Source: Callorhinchus milii
Lineage: Eukaryota
Length of the DNA stretch: 64,000 bases
NCBI RefSeq assembly: GCF_018977255.1
Contig: NW_024704742.1
Span: forward strand, 103,604,001-103,668,000
Direction: 5' to 3'
Shown one piece after another: positions 52,856-64,000 of the stretch. A program made the position numbers and the translations under genes. Under the pieces are notes generated by a model that searched no databases, had not been told where the DNA came from, and saw only the letters and a list, made by a program, of their open reading frames with translations. Each line of letters opens with the position of its first letter. Position 1 is the first letter of the stretch.

Positions 52856-53270
52856 GTAAATTTTTATTGTGCTATTGTAAAGCCCATCTGCAAATCCAGA
52901 TACTATCAGATGCAATGGCAGGATGTGAAATCTCACAAATATTTGCAACTGACAGTGCAACAATGTCAGGTGGAACTCCACGGCAATCTCTCAAAACAAA
53001 TGAATTCTCCCTGCAACCTAGAAAAGATCCAAACTTTCTGATAAAAAGAATATTAAATGCTGTTGGGAGACTGTAGATTAGATCAAGTTACTCATGTAGA
53101 AAATAGTGTCAGCACAAACTTGATGAGCCAAGTGTCCTATTTCTGGTGTGACATTCTATGATTAAAAGAAAAATGTCTGGATCAGTACAGCTTCATAATC
53201 CCATTGAGAGCAACATTTCATGTCAAGAGAGGCATGATTTGCATTCAGAAACCATCATTGTAGAACTGAG

Positions 53271-53433
53271 TCATTTAGCGACTGGTCTAAAATCATGAAG
53301 TTTGACAATTCTTTCCCTTTGTTGTTGCTGATCTCCATGAATTGGAGCATCCGCTCGCTGACTCAGCTTTAGGTCAATTTGGATGAGAATGTAGACCCCC
53401 AACACCAGCAGAAGGAAAATGGAGCCAAAACCC
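53271..53433 (-). pseudogene. Candidate terminal TM + cytoplasmic exon of the same pseudogene
   Basis: Pyrimidine tract GTTCTCTTCTTCCCAAG acceptor in phase 2, matching the phase-2 donor at 58814. Reads GFGSIFLLLVLGVYILIQI-DLKLSQR...RPVAK-stop. Confidence 0.45.
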
Positions 53434-54094
53434 CTTGGGAAGAAGAGAACACTTGACAAGGATTCTTTTTCAAAGAGGGAAGTTGGTTAACAATATCTAA
53501 GGGTACAGTCTAAGTTGGGTTTTGTTCAAATCTCAATTGTTTAACAAAGAATTGAGCACTGTATTGTGATCAAACTGATCATTCTGCCAGCAAACTACTA
53601 TGTGAACTTATCAGTATGTAATGACTTATCTATAATTGGAAGAGAGAAACTCCCTTCTGGTTTCGAATAGTACCATGGGATTTTTAACGTAGGCTCTATC
53701 TTAGTAAATTAACGCTAACTTAACAAATAATGTTTAATTGTTTTTATTTGGAATATCAGCAGCTGCAGAACATGAAAATAACAACAATAGAAACAACTTG
53801 CATTTATATAGTGCTTTTCACGAGGAGTAACGTCTCTGAGGCCTTAAATATATTGTTAGACTATTACTATTAATAGTTGCAGAGCATGAATATATTATTC
53901 GACCATTCGTATTTCTACCATTCAATAAAGAATTTCAAAAAAAGTCAACCTATTTCCCACGAATGTTGTGGACACCACATTATATAACTATTCAAGAAAA
54001 TACAGTCAGCATATTCACGTTGAAGTATTATAAAATGTCAGACTGAGTACATTTGATTATTTTTCTAAAAAAATAGATTTATCAACCTGTCATG

Positions 54095-54716
54095 TGAATC
54101 TGTCCGCTTCTTCCTTTCAGCAGACTCCGGCCTGCTCCACGTCCCCCGGTCGACATCCCCCACCATCAACGGTCGGGCCTTCAGCCTTTCTGGCTCCACC
54201 CTTTGTGGAGGCAGATATTGTGGAGACTTGTAGCTTAGTCTTTAGAGCACTCGCCTTGTAAGCAAGAGGGCCTGGGTTTGATTGCCGGCAGGGCGAAACA
54301 TTGGGTATGTTTCCTTACTTCACATGCCTCTGTTTACCTGGCAGTAAGTAGGAACCCAGTTGTTAGCCAATTGCCAGATCCGGGGATAATAACCCCTTAC
54401 TAAAATAATAAAAATAATTTGATCACACTTAATCCATGATTGTTTGTGGGACACTACTATACACAATTGGCTGCTGCATTTCGCCCACGAAACATACAGT
54501 CAATTCACTTTACAGCATGTGCTGTGAAGTGCTTCAAGGCACGTCTCAAGAAGCTCATCTTCGACTGTACCTTTGCCCGCCATCCTACCCCTTCCCTCCC
54601 TGCCCTCCACCCCTCCTGATACCAAACCCTGCTCGGGTCCAAAGCCCTGACTGTCTAGCGCATGAGGACATCCTCCTGACGTGAAAGGCGCTGTACAAAT
54701 GTAATGTGTAGTTGTT
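54095..54716 (+). mobile_element. L2 3' fragment interrupted by a CORE-Deu SINE (54219-54530)
   Basis: L2 PTINGRAFSLSG before the SINE head, and FKARLKKLIFD plus tail after it. Confidence 0.8.
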
Positions 54717-54729
54717 AGATTTCCATAAA

Positions 54730-54895
54730 AAAAATTCAAAAACAAATTAGATAAATTTCTGTTAGAAAATAATATCTTGGGATACAATATATAGTTTGGG
54801 ACACGACATGCCAAGCAACTGCTAGGAGAGTGGAAAGCAAACTGGATGGACCTTGGTCTTCTTTCACCTAGCAAATTCTTATGTTCTTATGCTCT
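54730..54895 (+). mobile_element. CR1 3' UTR/tail
   Basis: ACTGGATGGACC..GGTCTT and TTCTTATGTTCTTATG tail. Confidence 0.7.
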
Positions 54896-55457
54896 TAAGA
54901 CAAAGCCACAGAGAGTTCTGTATTTTATTGGCACTATCATACTTTTGCTGAGCCTTAGTCAGGTTTGAAGTGAGTCAATTCATAACTTTGTCAATAAATC
55001 AGTGCAGCAACTGCCAAGAATGCTAAATCCCAACACTAGATTAATAAGCAAATCAGTGAAGCTATACTCAGACAATTTTGGAAAAGTTTTTTTTAAAAAG
55101 GTAGTAATATTTTAATATAATTAGAAATACTATAAGGGGAAACTGATCATGAGTGTTTTTGAATGCAGCATGCATCAGTTAAAATGCAACTGTTACAAAA
55201 CGTTCATTCGGTTTAAGAAAGTGCAAAGATGATCGACACACTCATTTAAAATCAATGTGAAGTTCTTTACTGCATTGGATAGACAACAGTGCCCTCATAT
55301 GGTACTGACTGGAAGTGAGTTTAAAAGTAGGCTACGCTGTTATGTGGTGATAATTATCACGTTGATCCAATTATGAAATACCCTGAATTTCACACTTCTG
55401 TGTGAGAATGTTAAACGCTTATCAGATCATTAGTTGAGCACAGTAAGGTATTCCTAC

Positions 55458-55508
55458 TTGGGAAGGATGAGATCAAAGGGTCTTCTTGATTCGACCCTCT
55501 CTTGTTTT
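55458..55508 (-). pseudogene. Candidate 51-nt symmetric exon of the same pseudogene
   Basis: Long pyrimidine tract then CACAAG acceptor, and a GTAGGA donor. It is open in phase 2 (KQERVESRRPFDLILP) and would fit between the 58814 and 53433 exons. The splice sites are weak. Confidence 0.3.
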
Positions 55509-56097
55509 CTTGTGAATAGAAAGGAAAGCAGATAGATAAAAAGTCTTCTGAATAGTGGGTTGCCACCGTTGCTGAATTGTCCATAAGATGAATTTTCATT
55601 GTGTAATATCACATCGGGATATTTAGATGGAAATTAACAAAGTACTTGGAGACAACTGTGCAATCTTTCATGAAAAGGAGCTGAAGAGCATAATAGCATG
55701 AAAGAGGTGGAGTAGGATCACAGCATATTACCAGGGCTAAGGGATTTCACTTGTCATCTACATTCAGAACTCTATTCCTGAAAGTTGCATTGTGTTTGTG
55801 ATGTAATAATAATATAATAATAATCCTTGCATTTGATATAGCGCTTTTCACATCTTCTAAATGTTTCAAAGCTCTTCACAGAATATACTGTAAAGTGAAT
55901 TGACTGTATATTTTTGGGCAAAACGTTTTTAATATATATATTTTATATATATATACTTCAGATCACTTGGAGGAGACTCTACTCAGATTCCTTCTTAAGG
56001 AATTTACCTGGGAGAAAATCTACCTGGATCTATGTTTCAAAAAACAAATTTTAATGCAATTAAATGCCTTTCAAATCGGGAGAATGTCCCAGTCCAG

Positions 56098-56265
56098 GGA
56101 TTCGTTCGATCTATATAACATTTTTGAGCTTCCAGAATTTGGCAAATTGTTGAATTCATTTTAACTTAAAAGGAACTTAAAGAAATTTGCTTCAAAATTA
56201 AGGGTATATTTAAGATTTTGCCAAATTCTGGATATCCTGAAATGCTATGTAAATAGATTAAATCC
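56098..56265. repeat. Degenerate palindromic element
   Basis: Core TCCAGAATTTGGCAAA / TTTGCCAAATTCTGGA with imperfect arms of ~65 bp. Confidence 0.75.
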
Positions 56266-56759
56266 AGAACCAGTTGTAAATTCTCGCCACCCTTTTGATA
56301 TTGCTGCATTTTAGAACCTAATATAAAACATCACTAAACCTACAAGGCACTTTGATGTCTCCACATGTACTAAATTTGACAGTTATATTGCTTTTGATTC
56401 TCAATGGATGTCCAACTAATGGAATGTTTATGGGTATGCGTCAACTGTATAAATCCATAATTGATTTCAAAGCAATTACAAAATACAGCATAAAGAAGCC
56501 ACGCTGCAACACATTTATTAAGTCATCACATAGGCTAAAGTATTGCTAACATAATAAGAGGAACATTTTCTTCTGGTTACAATGGGATGAATTTTGTAGC
56601 ATTTCATCAGTCTAACAATTTGCTCATTCTCACAAGGATCTATGAATGTGGTAAGATTTTTTCTCGGGTTCCTTAAAAGACAACAAACAAGACAATTAAA
56701 AAGAATGTGTTTATGTTTCAGCAGCTGGTTATAAGAATTGACTGAAGTATGAATTTTAA

Positions 56760-57107
56760 ATAGTAATAATCCTTACATAGTGCCTTATTATATCATCAAA
56801 AATCTCAAGTGCTTCCAGGATGTCATTGGAAAGAGCAACAATTATGTATGTTTTGCCTAACACAGAAGATCATTTTGCACACAGCAATATCTCACAAACA
56901 ACCATGATATCTTGTCTGAGGGATTGTTGTCCACCTGAATAGGCAGACAGTACTTTGGTTTAATGTCTCACTGAAGGACAACAACACCTCCAATAATGCA
57001 ACACTTCCCCAGCACTGCACTGGAATGTTAGCATAGACAATAAATTCAAAGTCTTAAACCCACAACCATCAGAGTCAGAGGTGAGAGTACTACCGACTGA
57101 GCCAAGT
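56760..57107 (-). mobile_element. DeuSINE
   Basis: GTCCACCTGAATAGGCAGAC..AGAGGTGAGAGTACTACCGACTGAGCCAAG. Confidence 0.82.
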
Positions 57108-58813
57108 AAAATGTACTATTTAATAATAATATTAATTACCCTGATTGGGAAGAAAAAAAACATATTTAAATACCTGGCATTTTTCTGTAAAGCTGTTCCA
57201 GTAAGGCATTTTTTTTAAAATCTTATTTTCTAAATTGAACTTTCAGCCAGCAGATAAATTGATAGTCTCCATCTCCAGATAATTGGTACTGTATGTTTCC
57301 AGCTCATACAAAGCAACATTGAAAAATATTAATATTACAGCTTTGGGATTGAAAATGTGATATTTGCTAAATGGAAGTTACAAAGCAAAATGGCAGTCCC
57401 AAGATTCTTCCAAATTGTTCTACATTGTTTACTGAATTCCATAAAAAGTCCTGCAATTTCATTCAGAAGTGACTATTAGTGCAGAGAATATGGGTTTGCA
57501 GATATTGTATTACATTTTCAAAGCAACTCAATTAGAGTTAAAAAATCCTTTGTCCATTATCCGTAGCATTCACTTAAATGGAGATTTTACTAAATACTGT
57601 ATTTCAAATGAAAGGTATATAAGCTTGGTAACAAGCCACTTTCTTTTTTAGCCAGAATTTGATGCAGCTTGATTTACCCAGACCTATTTTGCCTATTAGC
57701 AAATGCTGTGGTCAGTCAGCTTAATGTATTTATCGAGATTAAATCTGTCCAGAAGTGAAGGATTGATGAACTGTTGGAGCTTTTCCTGTGAAGTGTAGGA
57801 TTTAGTATCTTCATTGCTCAGATTGCTCATCCAATTGAGCTAAATACTCTAATGTCAATTCTCCTGTCACAATTCACAATTGATTTCTGACTCAAAATAC
57901 AGGCTCTCGCAAAGCCTAGAGTTAAAGATTCTCTGCCAGAAGCCACTGGGACCAAATGCTCAACATTTGATTATTACAGACGCTCGCAAGTGAATACATA
58001 ATCATTGGATGTCTATCACACATGAACTGCTGAAACTCCACAGACACTATCCAGTGAATGGGCAATCACTGTGAACCTCCAGGACCGCTAATGCACATCA
58101 TATCACAAACATTTCTACGGTTCCATGGTACCCCACACTTGCAGGACCAAGTGAATACTCAAAATGTCCAGCTATTTACACAAATAAAAATGCACACTGA
58201 CCCTGGACCACAAGTCGAGAGGGACACAGGGACGAAGACTGCTGTTAGACTTATAGGCACTGGACTCATATTCACAACAAAGAAGTCCGTTGAGCTGAAA
58301 GTAACAAATTGATACTACTCTGTGTTATGTAAGAATTCATCTTATATCTGTTGTTGAATAGAGAGCTTCAGTCCTCCCAGAGCTGTTATTGCAGTGCTTT
58401 GGAGGCAACACTTTTGATATTCTACTCCTATTATTGATTCAAACCCATCTCTTCAGAGGAGTTGGGCAACTATGTGCATGGTGATTGTTGGCACTCAAGT
58501 CTAAGTGTGACAATTGCATGATTTCCTCTCACACGTGTCCTCCACTTGCTGAGTGAAAAGTATTGATGGTCCAGGCCCCAGAGAGTTAATCTACATCTGC
58601 GGAACATTCTGTTCAAGCAAAAGGTCTGATAGCGTCAAGAGCATCATGGAATAGGATCAATGCTATTGGAAAACATAGAACGACTGTGAAATCATTAACA
58701 AAGTCTTTCTCAAGCTATCTTCTGTAGTCAGACCTCATTCTTTAATGGAGCATTAGCAAATGATGTATTCTCATCACAGTTTCACCTAATGAGATTTGGT
58801 TTCCTGTACTTAC

Positions 58814-59130
58814 AATAACAGAACTGTGGCTAGGCTGATGAAAAATGGAATAACAAGAAATTTTAAACAGCAGAAGCCCAATTTTTCAAAGCATTGATGT
58901 AATGATGTAAATGCATTTGCGGTAATCACATCCTCAGTCCCTATACGATATGACGTCTTTACAGTTACAGTATCTTCAGTATTAAAGACACATCTGGTGT
59001 TAACATATGTCAAGGTGCTCTAAGGTGTCCTTCCAAACCTGCTGCACTTCCTCCTCAACGTGACGTTGATGTTTCAAATTTTCCTCAAAATTGCAGTGAG
59101 TTCCACCAGGTTTTCTGTAAACCTGTGAAT
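58814..59130 (-). pseudogene. IgC (CD80/B7-like C domain) plus hydrophobic segment exon with a +1 frameshift
   Basis: Branch point CACTAAC and acceptor GACAG at 59131; donor GTAAGT at 58813. ORFs 59000..59191 and 58810..59013 join by removing 1 nt: SQVYRKP...EVQQVWKDTLETLTYVNTRCVFNTEDTVTVKTSYRI...FLVIPFFISLATVLL. This resembles B7-H3-type PYSKP...EVFWQD..LT.NVTT....NEQGLFDVHSVLRV. Canonical cysteines are not preserved in this frame. Confidence 0.55.
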
Positions 59131-59479
59131 CTGTCATCAGAATTGTTAGTGAAGAATAGAAATTCAGAGATTTATAATGTCTCCAGATCATAAATGTTTC
59201 CTAGGTAAGCAAAAATTACTATTGTAATATAATATATACTGCTCCTGTCACTTTGATCATTTCTGTAATGAGGCCTACAATTGGGAACTGTTAATGAGGG
59301 ACATTGCAGGACTGTAACTGTGCTGCCCTATCCTCACTGAAGTATGTTATGGCTCCCATAAAAGTCATATGAAGTTTCCTGATACTGTCCCCAGCAATTT
59401 TTTTGTCTTCCTCTTTCCTCGTCTGCCATTCTTCTCCTGTATGCTTTTGGCCCATTTTGCTTCCCGCTGGTGTACATTT

Positions 59480-59765
59480 CCATGGGCATCGTCTTAAAAT
59501 TGTAGCTAAGGTGGTTAGAAGTGAAATCAGAAGAGATTGTTTCACACTCAGGTTGGCATGAATATAAAAAGCATTGCTCCAGGGAGCCAGAGAGGGAGAT
59601 TTGATGAAGAAGTATAAAAAGTAGTTGGATAGATAGTTGTGAAGGAAGGGATAAAGAGAAAAGGCAAGGAAGTGGGATTAAAATATCTGCCGTGGTCTAA
59701 TAAATTGGCAGAAGAGGCTCCATACACTGAATGCCCTTTATCTTTACCTTATGTTTCTATGAGTT
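59480..59765 (+). mobile_element. CR1 3' fragment
   Basis: GHRLKIVAKVVRSEIRRDCFT and a decayed TTATGTTTCTATG tail. Confidence 0.65.
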
Positions 59766-59784
59766 AGCTCAGCACAGATAGATT

Positions 59785-60290
59785 AAACAATAACAACAAC
59801 AAAATTACATTTATAGAGCACCTTTCATGTCGGGAGGATGTCCCAAGGCGCTGGACAGTCAGGGGTCAGGACCCAAGCATAGGAGAGGGTGGAGTAGGGG
59901 TGAGGGAAGGCAGAGAAGTGGGAGGGCAACTGAAGATACGATCGAAGAGGAGGGTCTTGAGGCCAGTCTTGAAGGAGGCAAGGGAGGAAGCGAGGCAAAG
60001 AGAATGTGGGATGGAATTCCAGAGTGTGGGGGCAGAGAGGCTAAAAGCCCGGCCACCAATGGTAGGGCAGGTCGGGCGGGAGATATGGAGCAGACCGGAG
60101 CCCGCTGAACAGAAGGAGCGGGCAGGTTGGTAGGGAGTCAGCAGGTCAGAGAGGTAGGAGGGGGCAACGTCATGGATGGCCTTGAAAGTGAGGACAAGGA
60201 TCTTGAATTTGATCCTCTGAGCAATGGGGAGCCAGTGGAGTCGGGCGAGGGTGGGAGTGATGGGGTCACGGAGCTTGGTGCACGAGAGTA
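59785..60290 (-). mobile_element. L2 3' fragment
   Basis: PITPTLARLHWLPIAQRIKFKILVLTFKA...TIGGRAFS..LWNSIP with (AAC)n tail on the + strand. Confidence 0.92.
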
Positions 60291-61749
60291 AACATGGGCC
60301 TTCCACATGATTTAGTTGCTCTCTGAATAAAGTTGAATAAACTGAATAAGAATATTGGGGGATCGAGAAATTCTCTCAAAGTGCTATGCAACAATTTACA
60401 TATGAGATTACAGTTCAGAAGCATGGGGGGAATTACAGGTACCTTGTTTTAGGGGCCTTTAGCCACTCGTGGTGTTAGGCATTCTATAACCCTTGCACTT
60501 TCCTAATTTTTAATGGAGTGGCAGGTATGGTCATAACGCAAATAAAAATAAGTGTATTAAAATTCAGGCAAAATTCACTTATTTTGAAGCATAAGGCAGA
60601 TACATGCCAGCTCTCACAATTTAATATGCACGAGAAAGAGCTCTGCAAAAAGCATTCCTTGTCTCTCAAATCTCAAGGGTTTTACAAAGTAAGAAGTAAT
60701 ATTACATAATGCACTATACTTAATCCAAGTGCACATTTGTGTTGAAGTGAGTGATTAGCTTTGAGTGTACCAGCAATTGCACAGTCAACACATTTTGTTG
60801 AATAATTTGTGAGCACATCAACACATCAGCAGCTACAAGAGAAATTAAGCTATTTTATTTGACTTATATTTGTGCAATAGATAATAACTTAAGTGGACAA
60901 TTTATGAGTTGTAGTTATGAGTTGGATATTCTTACATGAATATCCATTTGGAGGAAAACCGAATTATAGTTTGGTAAAAGTGTGAAGAAATGGGGCTATG
61001 TATAAACATTAAACCTTGACTTTTTTGTGAGGGAGCAGGAATTGTATGGAAGGCTGGGCATTACTGTACTGTGTGATATTTCATAAATTTTATATATTTC
61101 TGATGTTTTGCCCTGAGAAGTATGGTTTGCGATTTTGTGCCTGATGGTAAGTTTCATAACTGATTTGCAACAACAACAACTTGTATTTATATAGCATTCT
61201 TCACGCAGGAAAGCATCTCGGAGTGCTGAACAACAACTACCTACATACAGCCTTTCACATAGGCTAAAAGTTGGAAAGCACGTTACACTTTTGTGGGTCG
61301 AATTTCCACAGGATACATTAAGAATGGTAATTAAGATGTGTGGCATAATTTGGGGGAGTGGAATGTGTTTTATTTACATCCAAAATTCTGGTGTCTTGTT
61401 TTGGAAAATATTAACTGTTTGGTAACAGCTGACTATTAGTTCACTGGATAATTTCCATACTTATAATTGTAATGCCTGTGTTTATTTACAACTTTTTTGA
61501 ATACAATAAACATAGGTCATTTACAGGTGCCAGACATGTCATCTGAGGAAAAAAAGAACAGCTGTGTATAGATGTTTTTATTAGAGCAATTGTGCTGCAC
61601 CTAAAAAACATTAATTTATGCAATTCACATTATGAAAAATGCAGCTGGAGACTCCTAAATGTACAGTGTTATTTACAGATGGGCTCAAGCTTCAGGAACT
61701 AATGTTCATCCCACACACTCCTTCAATGACATAACAAAACAGTTTATAA

Positions 61750-62165
61750 TAACACTTGCATTTATTTTAGCGCCTTTCACGTCAAGGGGATGTCTCAAAG
61801 TGCTTCACAGGATAAATTGGGAAGTGTTTTGTGGGCAAACACGGTAGTCAGTTTTCGCAGAGCAATGTCCTAAAAACGGCCATGAACATAATAACATAAT
61901 GGGAGATTGTTGGCCAGGACATCGGGAGAAATTCCCTTCTCTTTTCAAGTAGTGCCATGGGATATTTAATGCCCACCTGTACAGACAGATGGGGCCTTGG
62001 TTTAACATCTCATCTGAAGGACGGCATCTCCAACAATGCAGCACACCCCCAGCACTGCATTGGAGCATCAGCTTAGACTGCGTGAGTTCCATGTCCTGCC
62101 ATGGAGCTTGGACCCACAATCTTCTGACTCAGAAGCGAGAGTGCTATCAGCGGCGCCAGCCTGAC
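61750..62165 (-). mobile_element. DeuSINE, full length
   Basis: TGCCATGGGAT..TTTAACATCTCATCTGAAGGACGGCATCTCC..CTGACTCAGAAGCGAGAGTGCTA. Confidence 0.87.
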
Positions 62166-62719
62166 ATAGTTAGGTGTTCTGATTGGAAGATGGTAGAGTG
62201 GGTATTCTGGAAGGATGAGATCAAATGGGCTGAAGGGCCTTCTTCATGCAAACCTTTCTTCTGACCTTGTGAACAAAATTGATTTATTATTTTAGATGTA
62301 TGATGAAAAGCTCATTGATAAAGAAATATCAAAAAATATAACACAGCTTTCATTTTGTCTGGTTTTAAGGGGGAAAAACTATTTTCCGGCAGCTTGAAAG
62401 TTTGAGGAGAAGTTGGATATTTGTTAAAAACTATCATTGCCTGGTAGTATGTATTCTGAATTCACATCACTGAGGACACTTGAAACAGAGTCTGCACAAC
62501 ATGGCTAATCAACTGAGCCTCAAATATGCTGTTTGTACATGTGCTGACCATGTTACTCAATGTATTCCAAAGAATTATAGGACATCAAGAGAGACTTCAG
62601 ACTTTTCTTCAACACTTCTGGAATAATTTGGTCAGTAATCATGACACTCTCATTCTGGTGTTGACACCCTACCCCATTATATGCTGGCTATGTGGATTTC
62701 CTGAATATCCAAATACAAA

Positions 62720-62930
62720 ATACAAAATGATATTTGTATTGCGTCTTTCACATCTAGAGGACGTCCCAAGTTCCTAGACTGTCAGGGATTTGGACCCAAG
62801 CGGGGTGGGTGGAGGGCTGGGAGGGTAGGAGCGTGGCCAAAGCCACGGTCGCAGAGGAGGGTCTTGAGACTTGCTTTGAAGAAGGCAAGGGAGGATGCAA
62901 GGCAAAGGGAATGCGGGATGGGAATAAGTC
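62720..62930 (-). mobile_element. L2 3' fragment
   Basis: Reverse complement of the same 3' UTR and FKASLKT segment; a second + strand tail lies at ~63060-63153. Confidence 0.8.
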
Positions 62931-63169
62931 TCAACATTTGCTGTCTGATTATGCAAATATCCCTCAGGTAGCCACATTATTTTTGTTGGCCCTGCTAAGT
63001 AACACAATGTTCACAAGGCAGATAGTTATTGGAAGTGCTTCATACCCCTCTTATATTGGTCGGGCCCCACTCGGGTCCGAAACCCTGTCCGTCCAGCACC
63101 TAGGGATGTCCTCCCATGAAATGCGCTTTACAAATGTAATTTTGTTGTTGTTGTAATTCCCGGCTGCAG

Positions 63170-63365
63170 CAAACCAGGTTGGACAGGTGTCCTTCTGCAA
63201 CAGAGCGACTCAAAACGGGCAAAGAGCAGAGCAAATGTTTGATGAGCAGCAGGTGACAGGACCAGTGCCTTCACCCTCCTCTGTGGAACCTGTGAAGTAC
63301 ATCATAATAAAGGATTGTCAAGGAACCTTGCACACACCAAGAAAGAATCAGCCCCAAGTGACTCT
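63170..63365 (+). mobile_element. Possible RTE-clade LINE C-terminal remnant
   Basis: WTGV...AFTLLCGTCE...SR..HTHQER-like pieces resemble the RTE C-terminal CxxC..SRIGLxSH motif; heavily decayed. Confidence 0.4.
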
Positions 63366-63714
63366 CTGATTAATGTTGCTTGTCATATCCAGTTGGATAT
63401 AACTACACAGGTTACCAGTTCAGTTGAACACAAAGAGAACACATCCACATTTCTTCCTGACATTTAGAACCTTGAATGGATTCTTACAGTAAATAATGGG
63501 AAAAAAAGACAGTTAAATAACTGGACTATAAAATTGCACGATATACTTGGTCACAAGAGCACCCATGTATATCATGCGACTGTATTTTCTTTGGTGAAAT
63601 GTTATTTTCTGGCTTGTTTGCACAGTAATTAATTCTTGTAAGCAAAAGAAGTATGTGAGTCTAAAAGCTTTTTGGGGAAAGATCAAATGACACTGGCAGA
63701 AGGTGTTAATTAAC

Positions 63715-63930
63715 TTTCAGTTCTTAGTTTAACATTCCTTTTCTTGAAATCTGTCAATGTCAGGGCTCCTACGCAGAAATATTCCCCGGTGCTCTTCCGC
63801 TGAATGAGCTAATCAGACACATACCTTGGAACACAATGGCAAATTCATGTAGGAAGTGAAACTTTCTTACAACATAAGTTTTCATCGTACCTGAAAGTCT
63901 TCAAAATCACAATAATTACTTGATATCAAA
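63715..63930 (-). pseudogene. Degenerate IgV-set exon remnant (3' half) of a B7/butyrophilin-like pseudogene
   Basis: Minus-strand translation across one frameshift gives LISS(x)QRKSTGEYFCVGALTLTDFKKRNVKLRTE, which has the V-set I-S-S-L-Q-x-E-D-T-x-x-Y-x-C spacing (Cys codon 63775-63773). It ends at a weak phase-1 GT (63714). Upstream EDFQV/DEN/FLHEF pieces need further frameshifts, and the 5' side is cut by a SINE tail at ~63930. Confidence 0.5.
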
Positions 63931-64000
63931 ATAATAATAATAATAATTTGGCATAGCACTTTTAACGTCAGGAAATCCCACAGAATATATTGTAGAGTGA

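Overview
AT-rich, repeat-dense vertebrate genomic DNA with no intact protein-coding gene and no prokaryotic features. The repeat content points to a cartilaginous fish, probably a chimaera; this is inferred from remembered family consensuses, not a database search. It comprises L2 and CR1 LINE fragments, a tRNA-Ala-headed CORE+Deu SINE with an L2 tail, SacSINE1-like DeuSINEs, AmnSINE2-like and LF-SINE-like relics, and Penelope-type remnants with decayed hammerheads. Every long ORF is LINE-derived. The main non-repeat signal is a set of minus-strand exon relics between about 63.9 kb and 53.3 kb (IgV-like, IgC-like plus hydrophobic segment, TM/cytoplasmic). Their splice phases are compatible and they read as a frameshifted B7/butyrophilin-like pseudogene. 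Other points of interest are a 4.6-kb CR1 carrying nested insertions and flanked by a ~90-bp direct repeat, an unclassified ~430-bp structured repeat (4 copies) with partial hammerhead-like motifs, several palindromic MITE-like elements, local duplications, and a ~26-bp minisatellite. Repeat boundaries were read by eye and are approximate.
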